From NCBI GenBank assembly GCA_035084275.1, contig CM068748.1:3596001-3660000 (forward strand): a stretch of 64,000 nucleotides of DNA, in the 5' to 3' direction. Shown here piece after piece: positions 36,631-47,403 of this stretch. A program made the position numbers and the translations under genes. Below the pieces are notes generated by a model. It saw only the letters and a list, made by a program, of their open reading frames with translations. It made no database searches and was not told the origin of the DNA. The first letter of the stretch is position 1. The number at the start of each line of letters is the position of its first letter. Source of the DNA: Hydrolagus colliei (Eukaryota).

Positions 36631-39600
36631 GGTGTATTGTTAAGCAAAAGGTGGTAGTTGAATTTTCTTTCACTTCTAGATTGTCATGAAGTTATAGATT
36701 CTTGGAAACCTGCATGCAGATTCTTTGCATGCAGAGATTGAGGAAGGGAAGGACAAATGTCAGGTTACCTATTTTCTGTGTGTTCTTTCCAATAATTTGA
36801 AGTTCGAATGTAAAATTCTCTCCTAGCCTATCTGTGGTTCCCTACGTGACTTGGCATAGCTTTGAAGTTTTTAACATTCCACATGTTTGTGTTCTGTCAG
36901 TTTGTGGCTTCCAAGCTCTCATACATATTTTGTTGAAAGTATTCGTGAGGTATCCTAGCTATACATAATTGACTTCAGTATAGAGGACTAATACATATGA
37001 AAGCGAAGCTTGAATCAAAGAATGGCATGATGTGTTCGATATCACATTTTATGTTAATAATTACATTTTGCAAATATGCAAATAATTATCTGTTTTACAT
37101 AATCTCCGCTTGACGCACTGTCAATTCTGTGTGCTTTACCTCCCCAATTTCTCTGATTTAGGATTTTCGCTTGAACTGAGATTTGGCACCTTCGCACTTT
37201 TGTGTTGCTTTGCAGTTTTTATTAATGTGCAACATCACAATTGCACATCAGGCTCAATTGAAACAGCTAAATTAATTTCTCAAGTATGGTTACAAATAAT
37301 AAAGCAAGCTACTGATCCAATATTTTTTCTAACCAGAAAATATCTGAATTGATTTGTAAAGGCATTAAAATCAATTTAGATAAAGATATTTAGACAAAGA
37401 TATCAAGATGAATTGCATATAAAAAAAAATTTAAACTTAAGATGCTGATCTCTAACCGGTGGCAACATGAATTTACTCACTTTCCATTTATTTAGAAGGA
37501 AAGAATGAAATAAATTGTAGAACATGAGATTTCAGCAATACAATACTGTATAATGTATTGTAAAATCCCATGTTAGGATTCACTGAAGATCTTTATTTGG
37601 GGGAAAACATTGATTCATATTTGAGTGTTCCCGATGCTCTTCCAAGTTATTGCTATGGTGACATAGACCTCTGAGTGATATCACTACAATAAGCCTGGGA
37701 AAATCACGGTGACTGCTTACAAACATCATTAGGCATTCCAAAATGTAAAGTTTCAGCCTTTCAAAACTCCCTGAGTAATTCTCTTATTTTCCACTTATAA
37801 AATCTAATCAAATAATCAAGCACAAGTCTGAATTGTTTGAATATTTAAAGCTTATTGGAGATTCCAGCATGCAGGATATTTACAAAATGCCACTCAAATA
37901 AAAAAAAGTAGATGAATCGGTCTACAATATTTAATGCACCCGAAGGGCTGCATTTGAACTGTTTCCTCTCCACCTGTGGCATTTATTTCATGCCCTTTTA
38001 TTGCATGCCTCCGATGTCATTTTCTGATGACAAGTGCTATTTGATGAAGTGTTAATGTCTAGTGCAAATGAAAGGACGTTGGTCAGGGGCATAAAATGAA
38101 GTGTGTAAATTATTTATTGGTGAGGATGAATAAATCCAGGTTACCCATTGCCAAGATGTACATTCACAACACATGTTAGGGAAACACCTTAACTGAAACA
38201 GTCACACACGTTTGCAGTAAAATGCCAAGTAAGAAATTGGGAATGGGTAGGAGTTGTTGGAAATGCAACTTGATGAGATACCACGAATGGCCTCAAACTG
38301 TAAGGCTTCAGTGGGTCAAACAGTCTATTCTCCTGCCTTACTCTTTTTTATATTACTTTGTAATAATGGAGGAGGCACATTTAATGCAAGGCATCATATA
38401 CAATTGATGAGGTTAAGTTTTTGATGAGAAATATCTTTAAGGAGAAAGTGTTGTGATGAGGATTTCCCAAATCAGATAACCTGTTCATTTTTAAATTAAG
38501 GATTATTCATATTCAAATTAAAGTATTTAAGAAATCTAGCATAGGATGAATAAAAATGATTCAAAAATTTCTACTCCCCTTCACTCTGTTTCATTCAGTG
38601 TCTCAATCAAATGCCTTGCAAGTCCGCACTGACCTTTTTTTTAAAATAAAAAAAGTCTTCAAACATAATATAGATATTGTATGGCAATGAGCGGCTAGAT
38701 TTGATGGAAATTGTCTTTTGATCACAACTGCAGCTTTAAATATACAGCTGGTCATTCTGTTGGTTAAGAATAACTGGTGCCTCTTCATAACAACATATTG
38801 GATTTATGTGCTCATTATGGGAATTCTTCCAATAGCAAAGAATAATGCTATTGGTTAATTACTGTACTCAGTTTTGATGTATATATATATATATCATCTA
38901 CCAATACATTTTTATTCATGTTCTTTTGCTGCTCTATTGTTATCGACATGTTTCAGTAATTGGGTATTTAGAATTTTCACCATTATCCTCATTGATGTTT
39001 TTTTTTTAAAAAGTCTCAAATCTATGCTTGCAATATAGTTTAGGTGTTGAGATTATTGATGTTTGCACAAATATTTGAGTTGCACAAATATTAGATCACA
39101 ATTTAAAAAACTTTCAATATTAAAGTCTCATTTTTATTCATACATGGGTGATTAATAACTAGTCACCATTTAGTCCTTTACCACAAATGTATATTTTGAA
39201 GTTTTTAATGTGTATGCTACTAAGTCAATTATAGATATATTGTGCAAATCTATTTTCAATCTTTTCTAAAGTTTTGGACCCTTTAGAGTTGATAAGTATT
39301 TATATTTATGACTAGTTTCTTATCATCGGGCACATTCTTTCTACCCATTTCCTGTAGCTCTTTATTTTCTTGCTTATAATTTGTTTTTAAGAATCCCAAG
39401 AACATGGAGCACACTTAATCCAAATTACAACAGTAACAACAGTTACATAGTCTTTCAAGTATGCTGGTGTCTCAAATGGTTTCATAATCAGTGAATAGAA
39501 CCCAAGGAAAGTGAGATGAGGGAGGTGGAGAGGGATGAGAGGTCAGGGGTTGTAGTTGTTGACTCGAAGGAATGATCAAAAGGGAAGGTTTTAAAGAAAG

Positions 39601-40210
39601 GTTTTAATAGCGGGAGGTGGGGAGTGTGAGGTAATGGGATTTGGGAAGGTAAATCCAGAGAGTAAAGGTACAGTGACTAAAACTTGGTCAGCTCAAAATA
39701 AATTTGGAGCATATCTACATATGCTCCAAAATAAATTTGGAGCATATGTAGATCATCCATTCAGGGTTTTTCCACTTGCAGCCTTTAAATTTAGAATTCT
39801 TACCTATCCTGGGGATGAGCGAGTCAGATGAATAATTGTGTTTCTTATGGGCACTGATCTTGGAATGGCTGCACTGCGATATGAAAGCATTTTTGCAACA
39901 AAGCAGCAATCCATTCTGATTGTACGTGCATATTGGATGATTCTTTTCTCCATATGCTCCTGGGGGAGGATTTTAAGCTTGAAGATTTCTGTGTTAATGA
40001 TGCAGTTTTGCATATATTCTCGTGCATTCAGCATTTTCTTGATTAATCGATGTTCCTGTATCTTTCTTGTTAACCATCTGTCCTGTGTCGTATGTTGCTA
40101 ATGATAACTGTTTGTTGCATTTATTGCAATGGTTTTCTGTCTTCCCTTGTACTGTGACTTCTGGTCCCTCTGTTCCCTCTGTGGTGTTGGTTATCATGTG
40201 CATCCTCCAG

Positions 40211-40353
40211 GCTAGCGTTGGATGAAGCCATTCGACACAAGCAGCTGAACATATCATCCCGTTTTTCACCCAGGGTAGCAGGGGAGAATGACTTCCTTCA
40301 GACTGTTATCAATAAAGTTATTGTGGCCAAAGAAGTGAACCACAAGGGTCAAG
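40211..40353 (+). CDS. DOCK1: DOCK1 exon 12, long form LALDEAIRHKQLNISSRFSPR-VAGENDFLQTVINKVIVAKEVNHKGQ(G); short form starts at 40274
   Basis: Two in-frame acceptors (cctccag|40211 and tcacccag|40274, 63 nt apart); donor gtaagt. Confidence 0.92.
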
Positions 40354-42007
40354 GTAAGTGGCATTGTTTTTTTTAAGGGGATTATGGGAGATTGTGCTGT
40401 TGCTGCATCTAATTCTGATCTCTTTTGGGGAAACTGCAATCTGAGAATTCTAGTTATGTGCCCTCTGAGATTAAACAGCCAGTGAAAAAAAGTTCTTCCA
40501 GCATAAATTCCTGTTCCTGTAATATATCCAAACTGTTCAACTTTCTTATTTCAATTACTGGTCTTTTAAAGTTCTGTGACCTTCTCTCCTGAGAAGTTAG
40601 ACTTTTTAAAGTCTTTCTGATGTATACATTTTTAAACGTTTTGACGCCAAAACTTTTTAAAACCCTTTTTTATTTTGCAAGTAGTTTGCTGAAGACTGTA
40701 GGTTTTAGAAAGTTCAATCTGCTGCCATCAGAGTCATTCTATTTCTTTGCCGTGTTTAACTAACTTGACGTTATGCATTTATAAATAATGCACTTTTCTA
40801 TGCATAATTTGTTCTGCAATTTTATTTATTATTTAAAGTTGCATTAGTGATTTACAAGAATTCAACAACAACTTTGGTAAGCTTGAGCAGAATGGCCTAC
40901 ATCAGGAAATGCTTTGCATTGAACTACTGAAGCAAAATAATTCCCTTATTTAGTTCCTAAATTTATGTAGTGCCCTATTGTTGTCACAAGATAGCCATAG
41001 AATTCTACATAATAATATTTTGAAAGCCTTGTAGTGACATCTAGTTGCAAGTACCTGGTATTTGTAACCATTTTGCTTTACATTGGAATAAAAGTCAAAT
41101 TCACCCACTTTCCTCTGCATAATTTGTTTTCCCCTGGTAAATTGTGGTTGCTGCAAATGCTTTGGCACTTGTATATTAGGAGAGTGATTACCAGAGTCTT
41201 GCGTTTTTGCCAAAATGGCAATCATGTAAGGGAGATTTATAACCTGGAGTGATTAAACATCAAAACCTTGTTACCTTTCTGTTGAAATCATATATAGTTC
41301 ATGACCTATCTAGTTGCAGCTAGTAATCCAATTAATAAGAAAGGAGGTACAGTACCATCGGCAAATTTCAAACCATTTTGAAATGGACCACATTACTCGT
41401 GGGGGTATCTATTGGATAGAGTAATGTTGAACAAAGCAGTGTTAGTGCCTAAATGAATCCCATATTCAAATTCTAGTATTTCTCAGTGCAGAGTACAAAA
41501 TGTACATAAACATGTATAAACATCCCAAACAAATTCTGTTTATCCAACAGTATTCTAAGTTAATTTGCAATGGTAATCATCTGTGAAGTGCTCCTCTCAT
41601 TCCTTTGGAAAGCCAGTGTCCACATACAGTGTTGTTAATAGACAGCTAGATATAGTATTGCACTTTCCAAAAGTTCTCAGATTATGTATTTGTTGGCATA
41701 TGTTGCAGCTAATTTGTGCAATCAAATATTCCACAGTCATGAAGTAAATAACAAGTTTATCTGCAGGATTGTTGACCTGGATACTAAGAGTAGCCCCCTC
41801 TTCTTTTTGAAAACCATCAGTTTCAATGACCACTTGAATGGGTGGACAGGACTTTGGTTTTCTGTCTCAGTGAAATACAGAACCTCTAATCATGCAGCTA
41901 ACCCAACCAACTCTGTGCTGGCCTATTTGCCTAGAATGGGAGCTCAAATTCCTGATACGAAGCTTGAAACCACAGCCTTTTAACCCAAAGGCAAGCAGGC
42001 TATCAAC

Positions 42008-42181
42008 TAAGTCACACACTGACACACTGTAGTTTACTGCTTTGTTGAATCAATGCCCTACTCAGTGCATTTTATCATTGTGGTATTGGTGCTTAAGTCA
42101 AGCTGACGCACTGGAGTTTATTGCTTTGTTAAATAAATACCTTACTCAGTGCATTTTATCATTGTGGTATTGGTGTTTAAG
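42008..42181. repeat. Tandem duplication, two ~86-bp units
   Basis: TACTCAGTGCATTTTATCATTGTGGTATTGGTG is identical in both units; each unit starts TAAGTCA. Confidence 0.9.
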
Positions 42182-42294
42182 AATAACATTCCTAAGAATA
42201 CCATTTTAAACAGCACGTCTGCAGAATGTTGAAGGAAGAATGTTGATGGTAAGCACATCCTAGCAGCAAGCTATCAAATGCGTTTTGAAAACTC

Positions 42295-42630
42295 TCATGC
42301 TTCAGTAAGTAAATGTATTGCCTAATGTGGTACTGACTCTTTACGGACCTAGAAAGTCCTGGGTTAAGTTAGTGTCTTGGCCTTTTTTTAAGTAGCTGAT
42401 CTCAGGTTGTGGCAATTATTGGTGTGCTACACTTGGTCTCACTGCTTCTGACTTGAGTGGAAAATCAACGGCCTTGTCAACGCTCCTGATTTCTATCTAG
42501 TGATCCTCTGCTGAAACCTTACAGCTACAGATGTAGGTCAGTGCGCGATCAAACTTGACTGATGATCTGATCAAGGCTAGTCTACTTACATTGCTTGGGT
42601 TGACAGATGAATAATATCCACTTCAGTGAG
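42295..42630 (+). mobile_element. AmnSINE2-like ancient SINE
   Basis: GACCTAGAAAGTCCTGGGTT...TAGCTGATCTCAG...GTGCTACACTTGGTCTCA...GGAAAATCA...GCTCCTGATTTCTATCTAGTGATCCTCTGCTGAAA follows the motif order of the recalled AmnSINE2 consensus. Confidence 0.55.
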
Positions 42631-43429
42631 GAACAGGACAATGGAAGATTGACAGCATGTCTAAGAGGGAAAAATTGTGGTGGGAAATGTATAGTGTATC
42701 TATTTTTGTACAATTATATGCAATCTTTTTTAATTGCTCCTCGTTACTAGATCTAAGTATAAATGAAAGTTCAGTGAAGTTGAGTGAGAAGCTGTCTAAG
42801 GTTGAGATCAAATAGACCCTCACCAAAACCTTAAGTGGTCATTTGAAATCTGAATTGAGTTTTCTTCCAAAAAAAACCTTGAATGTGTGTGTTTATTTTT
42901 TGTTGCTGAAGCACAGTAACTTGGCTTTTTGGCTTCAAACTCATGAGGGTTCAATTACCATTCCTTCATATCACGATGTAGGCAGAAAGCATTATTCTGC
43001 GTATTGTTGCTTGCTGTGTGTTTTTGTGATATCTGCCCTCAGCCGCTCCTGGCTGTTTGGCAGTTCAAATGCAGATCAGCACCGCCCCCAGTGGACCTCT
43101 GTGGGTAATCTCTCCTCCCCGCCTCACTCTTTGCTTGAACAATTTGAAGCTTGGCTGTGTGCATTAGCAGTTTATAAAAGTGCTGATCCCAGCATGAAAT
43201 GGCTTGGCAAAAATGTGTTGCCTATATTGCCACAGGAATTTCAAATGCAGTTCTTCTGCCCCTTTTCAATAATTAGTTTTTAGTTATGCCGAAGACAAGC
43301 GTGACTGATTTTGATATTGTGCTACTGGAGGTGCTTAATCTCACTCCAGTATGGCGGGAGAACCTTCAAACTGTTAAAGTATTTGTGTAATTTGTCCTCT
43401 CCCTATTGTATTACTTTTTTTTCTTCTAG

Positions 43430-43555
43430 GTTTGTGGGTGACCATGAAGCTACTCCCAGGAGATATTCATCAGATTCGAAAGGATTTTCCACATTTGGTT
43501 GACAGGTCAACAGCAGTTGCTAGAAAGATGGGTTTCCCTGAAATAATAATGCCTG
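43430..43555 (+). CDS. DOCK1: DOCK1 exon 13: [41 protein letters not shown](G)
   Basis: ttcttctag acceptor, 126 nt, donor gtgcgt. Confidence 0.96.
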
Positions 43556-43581
43556 GTGCGTTTTTAATCATCTGTTCGCAA

Positions 43582-43890
43582 TAATTATAATAATCCTTGC
43601 ATTTGATATAGGGCTTTTTACATCTTCTCGATGTCTCAAAGTGCTTCACAGAATATACTGAAAAGTGAATTGACTATATTTTTGTGGGCGAAACATGGCA
43701 GCCAATTGCACAGCAGTGTCCCACAAAAAGTTGTGGATGGAACTGAACAATTTGATTATTTTTTTTCGAGGAATTATTATTAGGCGTGTGGAGTAAGGAA
43801 ACCTGCCCAAGGTTTAGCCCTGCCTAGAATCAAACTCGGTTCTCTCATTTGCAAGGCGAGTGCTCTAACCGCTGAGCTGCAGGAATCCAC
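43582..43890 (-). mobile_element. Full-length SINE (main family) about 26 nt after the exon 13 donor
   Basis: Tail, body and head (GGCGAGTGCTCTAACCGCTGAGCTGCAGGAATCC) all present in reverse. Confidence 0.9.
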
Positions 43891-45014
43891 AATGGCGATT
43901 CCAATAATGAAATTCCTGTAGTGACTCACATTTTTGTTCACTATTTAAAAGCCCAATACGAATGCTGAATTAAGTGACGATTATGATTTTGATGTGTTAT
44001 GAATAGTGGTAGCAGTAAACCTCCATCCAATATGATGGTAAACCTTTAAAGAGGTTAAAATATTGTTACAGTGTTTTATTTCACTAGGAATGAGATGGGG
44101 AAGTTGTTCTAAAAATGTTTGAGTCGTGCCAATGTTTGAGGAAGAGGAAAGTTGTTTTTACAAGTGAAGGGCTAAGAATTTGAGTCTAATGTGCACGAAC
44201 TTAAAAGCTTTGCTGAGTCTATGCAACAATGAAAGCCGATTATTTTTGAATTTCCTGGGTAAAAGGCAGGTTTTGTTGCAGTAAAACCTCAATCTGCAAG
44301 CCATCTAAATATCTTGGGTAATTGGGACAGTCCTGGTGTATATAATGCAGTAGAATTTCATTTGCAAAGAGTGATATTTGGGTTCATTCATTTGGTAAAG
44401 GCATGGGAGTGTGCTAATTCTTAATTCTTCAAATGCCTGCTACCAGAACTGTCTTTCCTCTTCCCCACCCCTCTCCCATTCGTGAGGTTTGTTCTAACAC
44501 TTTTTTGAAAGAGATACTTTTGCAACTCTTCATGTGGTCGAGGGAAATGAACAGGCAGAGATTGAGCTTGCGTTTGGATGCCTGGAGGACATTTTAAGTA
44601 CATGTAAAATTTGAGGAGCATGTCAACGTTCTTGTTGCAGGATCCAACCTGTCTGATGTAATTTGTGTGAATATTCTTATTTGCATAAGAATTGAACACA
44701 GCTGTAGATCTAATGAGATGTTTCAGGATGACATTGAGAACTGAGTTGAAGGCAGTGCAGTTAAGTAATACCATTTTAATTCACACTGCAGCAAAGAGAC
44801 ATTGATCCGTTTAGCCTTTTTTTTCTTGATGCTGTTGTTTAGCTCAAATGGTATCAGAATTTGAAGAATATTTCAAACTGCTTCAGTTTATTTGAACTGT
44901 TTAAAAATATGTATGGAGACCACAATTTGAGTTTAAAACTCTGAACTTTTATTATAACTGTTCATTTCTGTGAGTAAGCATTCCTATTTCTCTGATACGC
45001 CCTGAGGTCTCTGA

Positions 45015-45220
45015 TATGCCCTGAGGCTCTGGAATTCCCTTCCTCACTCCCTTTGCCTCGCCCCCCCCTTTCAGGTCTCTGCTAAAGACCTTTCTTTTCG
45101 ACCGTGCTTTCGCTCACCTTTTTCCCCCTCCCACTGACTCGGCTCTGGGATCCATTATTGGGAAGCGTTCTGAGACATCGCCCGGCGTGGAAGGCGCTAT
45201 ATAAATCCAGGTTGTTGTTG
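45015..45220 (+). mobile_element. L2 LINE 3' end, with a 19-bp tandem duplication at its 5' junction (~44990-45027)
   Basis: GCCCTGAGGCTCTGGAATTCCCTTCC...GGCGCTATATAAATCCAGG(TTG)n; TCTCTGATAYGCCCTGAGG occurs twice. Confidence 0.85.
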
Positions 45221-45871
45221 AATCCTGGGAGGAAACTCTTCAGTTTTCTACTTTTGTGAGAGTACATTTCCATGATAAATGATACTATTTAGATCTCATT
45301 TTCCTACATAAGCAAATCGCGACTACAATGTAAATGAGATGCCATTTTTCAACTGTGCATTCTCAAACACATTTTAATAACTTAAAATGCAATTACATAT
45401 TTTACTTAAAGCTAAGAATGAAGACTTTGTTGAGTTTGTGCTTGGGGCACCATTTAAAATCTAGTCAACATTAAGGAAGAGTTGGGTGGGAAGGCAGGAG
45501 GATACAAAGTAAGAAATTTTCAGTAATGTTGAGTTCTCCAATGGAAGGCCAAAATGCACTAAATTTAAACAGGAAAGGAAGTACCTAATAATGTAAATGG
45601 TAGAAGAGTCAGCAGTATAGATATAATTGTTTTCATATCACATGCTAGCAATTTTGGTTACCATTTGAATACTGGAATACTTTCAATTTTGAATGTAAAC
45701 CTCTACTCATAGTCTGATATTGTTGACTAATTAATGCAGAAATACTTCTGCATTTGCTTTTAACTAATAATCAATTCCTTATTGACAATATTGTGGTTGC
45801 TCTGGCATATCTGTTCTTTTAAATTCCATGAAATGCTTAAAAGAATGTTTAATCCCTGTTCTTCTATCTAG

Positions 45872-45996
45872 GTGATGTTCGTAATGATATTTATGTTACG
45901 CTCGTGCTAGGAGATTTTGACAAAGGGAACAAAACAACATCTAAAAATGTGGAGATCACAATGACAGTGTACGATGAGGAAGGGAAACGTTTGGAG
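45872..45996 (+). CDS. DOCK1: DOCK1 exon 14 (start of DHR-1): [41 protein letters not shown]
   Basis: ctatctag acceptor, 125 nt, donor gtatgt. Confidence 0.96.
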
Positions 45997-46295
45997 GTAT
46001 GTCTGCCACAGATTAAATTGAGAGTTAACTGAACTGGAGATTTACTGATCAGTATGGGACATTGCATTTGTTTATTTGTTTGAGAATTCAGTCTTGAAGG
46101 TTCTGCTGTTTTTCCCACCTTCCATTATTTTATAAAATTTGGCTCTGAAACACTTAGCTAATCTGTGCCTAAATTGTATTGTCTTCCATGAATGTCATCT
46201 TTTAGGCATTCCAATAATTGTTTATTATTTTAAGTGTTTTTTTTAAAATTGGCTTCCTATTTTGTACTGATGCTTACTGTTTTTGTTTTAAAAAG

Positions 46296-46394
46296 AACGT
46301 AATTTTTCCTGGTGCGGGAGATGAAGGCATCTCTGAATATAAATCTGTCATTTACTATCAAGTGAAGCAGCCCCGTTGGTTTGAGACAGTCAAG
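46296..46394 (+). CDS. DOCK1: DOCK1 exon 15: [33 protein letters not shown]
   Basis: ttttaaaaag acceptor, 99 nt, donor gtatgt. Confidence 0.94.
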
Positions 46395-46577
46395 GTATGT
46401 TGAGACAGCCATGCCGTGATAGGGCTCTATATTAAATGCAAGGATTATTATGCTCTACACTGTTAAATGGAATTGAAGTCAATATTTTCTAGGAGCATGG
46501 AATGTAAAGAAACTGGTTTAATATTTTATTAAATACGATTGTGACTGTATTTAATCGTGACTGGTTGCATTTTGCAG

Positions 46578-46650
46578 GTGGCAATCCCTATCGAAGATGT
46601 TAATCGCAGTCATTTAAAGTTCACATTCCGGCATCGATCATCCCAAGATT
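46578..46650 (+). CDS. DOCK1: DOCK1 exon 16: [24 protein letters not shown](S)
   Basis: ttttgcag acceptor, 73 nt, donor gtgagt. Confidence 0.96.
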
Positions 46651-46943
46651 GTGAGTATTGTTACTTTGTACATAAAATACACTGACATATATATTTTTGT
46701 TTCAGCCAATATTGTTCAGTGCTTGTTACCTGTCTGAGTTAATATTAATTTATGGCTGTGCCATGGGTATCATGGTTCGGTATCGACTGGAACTTTGGCA
46801 CGTATTTGTGGACTGGTATTTGGAAACTTTAGGCTTTAGAAGTTGGCTGATCTATTAGAAGGTGGTGTGCAATGGTTTGGATTTTTGTTGCGCGCTTATT
46901 ATTGAGGAATATTGATAACCTCCTTTTGCATTCCTTGTTTCAG

Positions 46944-47047
46944 CCAAAGACAAATCCGAGAAGATATTTGCTTTGGCATTTGTCAAGCTAATGAGGTACG
47001 ATGGAACAACTCTGAGGGATGGAGAACATGACCTAATAGTGTATAAG
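46944..47047 (+). CDS. DOCK1: DOCK1 exon 17: [34 protein letters not shown]
   Basis: ttgtttcag acceptor, 104 nt, donor gtactg. Confidence 0.96.
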
Positions 47048-47219
47048 GTACTGTGAAACTTGTACTGATTTTTGTTTCAAAATTTTCTAACTACAGTATA
47101 TGCATTGTGAGACCAGTGAAGGAGCTAATAATTTTACTGTTGTAACAATTTAAAAATAGACATTGATTTTTGCTTCATTATGTAGAGTCCTAGATCACTG
47201 ACATTATTTTTGTGCACAG

Positions 47220-47403
47220 TGGGATGCCAAGAAGCCAGAAGATGCGTCGCTATACTTAAATTTGACGGCAACTAAACTGTTACTTGAAGAAAAGGGTTAC
47301 ACTCTGACTGGAAAGAACCTGCACAGTATTGGAAACTTTCCCATCAGCAAAGACTCGTTTCAGATTTCCACGTTGGTCTGTTCGACAAAACTCACACAGA
47401 ATG
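47220..47403 (+). CDS. DOCK1: DOCK1 exon 18: WDAKKPEDASLYLNLTATKLLLEEKGYTLTGKNLHSIGNFPISKDSFQISTLVCSTKLTQN(V)
   Basis: tgtgcacag acceptor, 184 nt, donor gtaagc; end of DHR-1 (CSTKLTQN). Confidence 0.94.

Noticed and set aside
40311-40316. AATAAA polyadenylation signal
   Set aside because: It is the Asn-Lys codon pair inside exon 12, and AATAAA is common throughout this AT-rich window.
42843-43283. 146-aa intronic ORF
   Set aside because: Non-ATG start, no recognisable similarity, and not needed by the DOCK1 exon chain.
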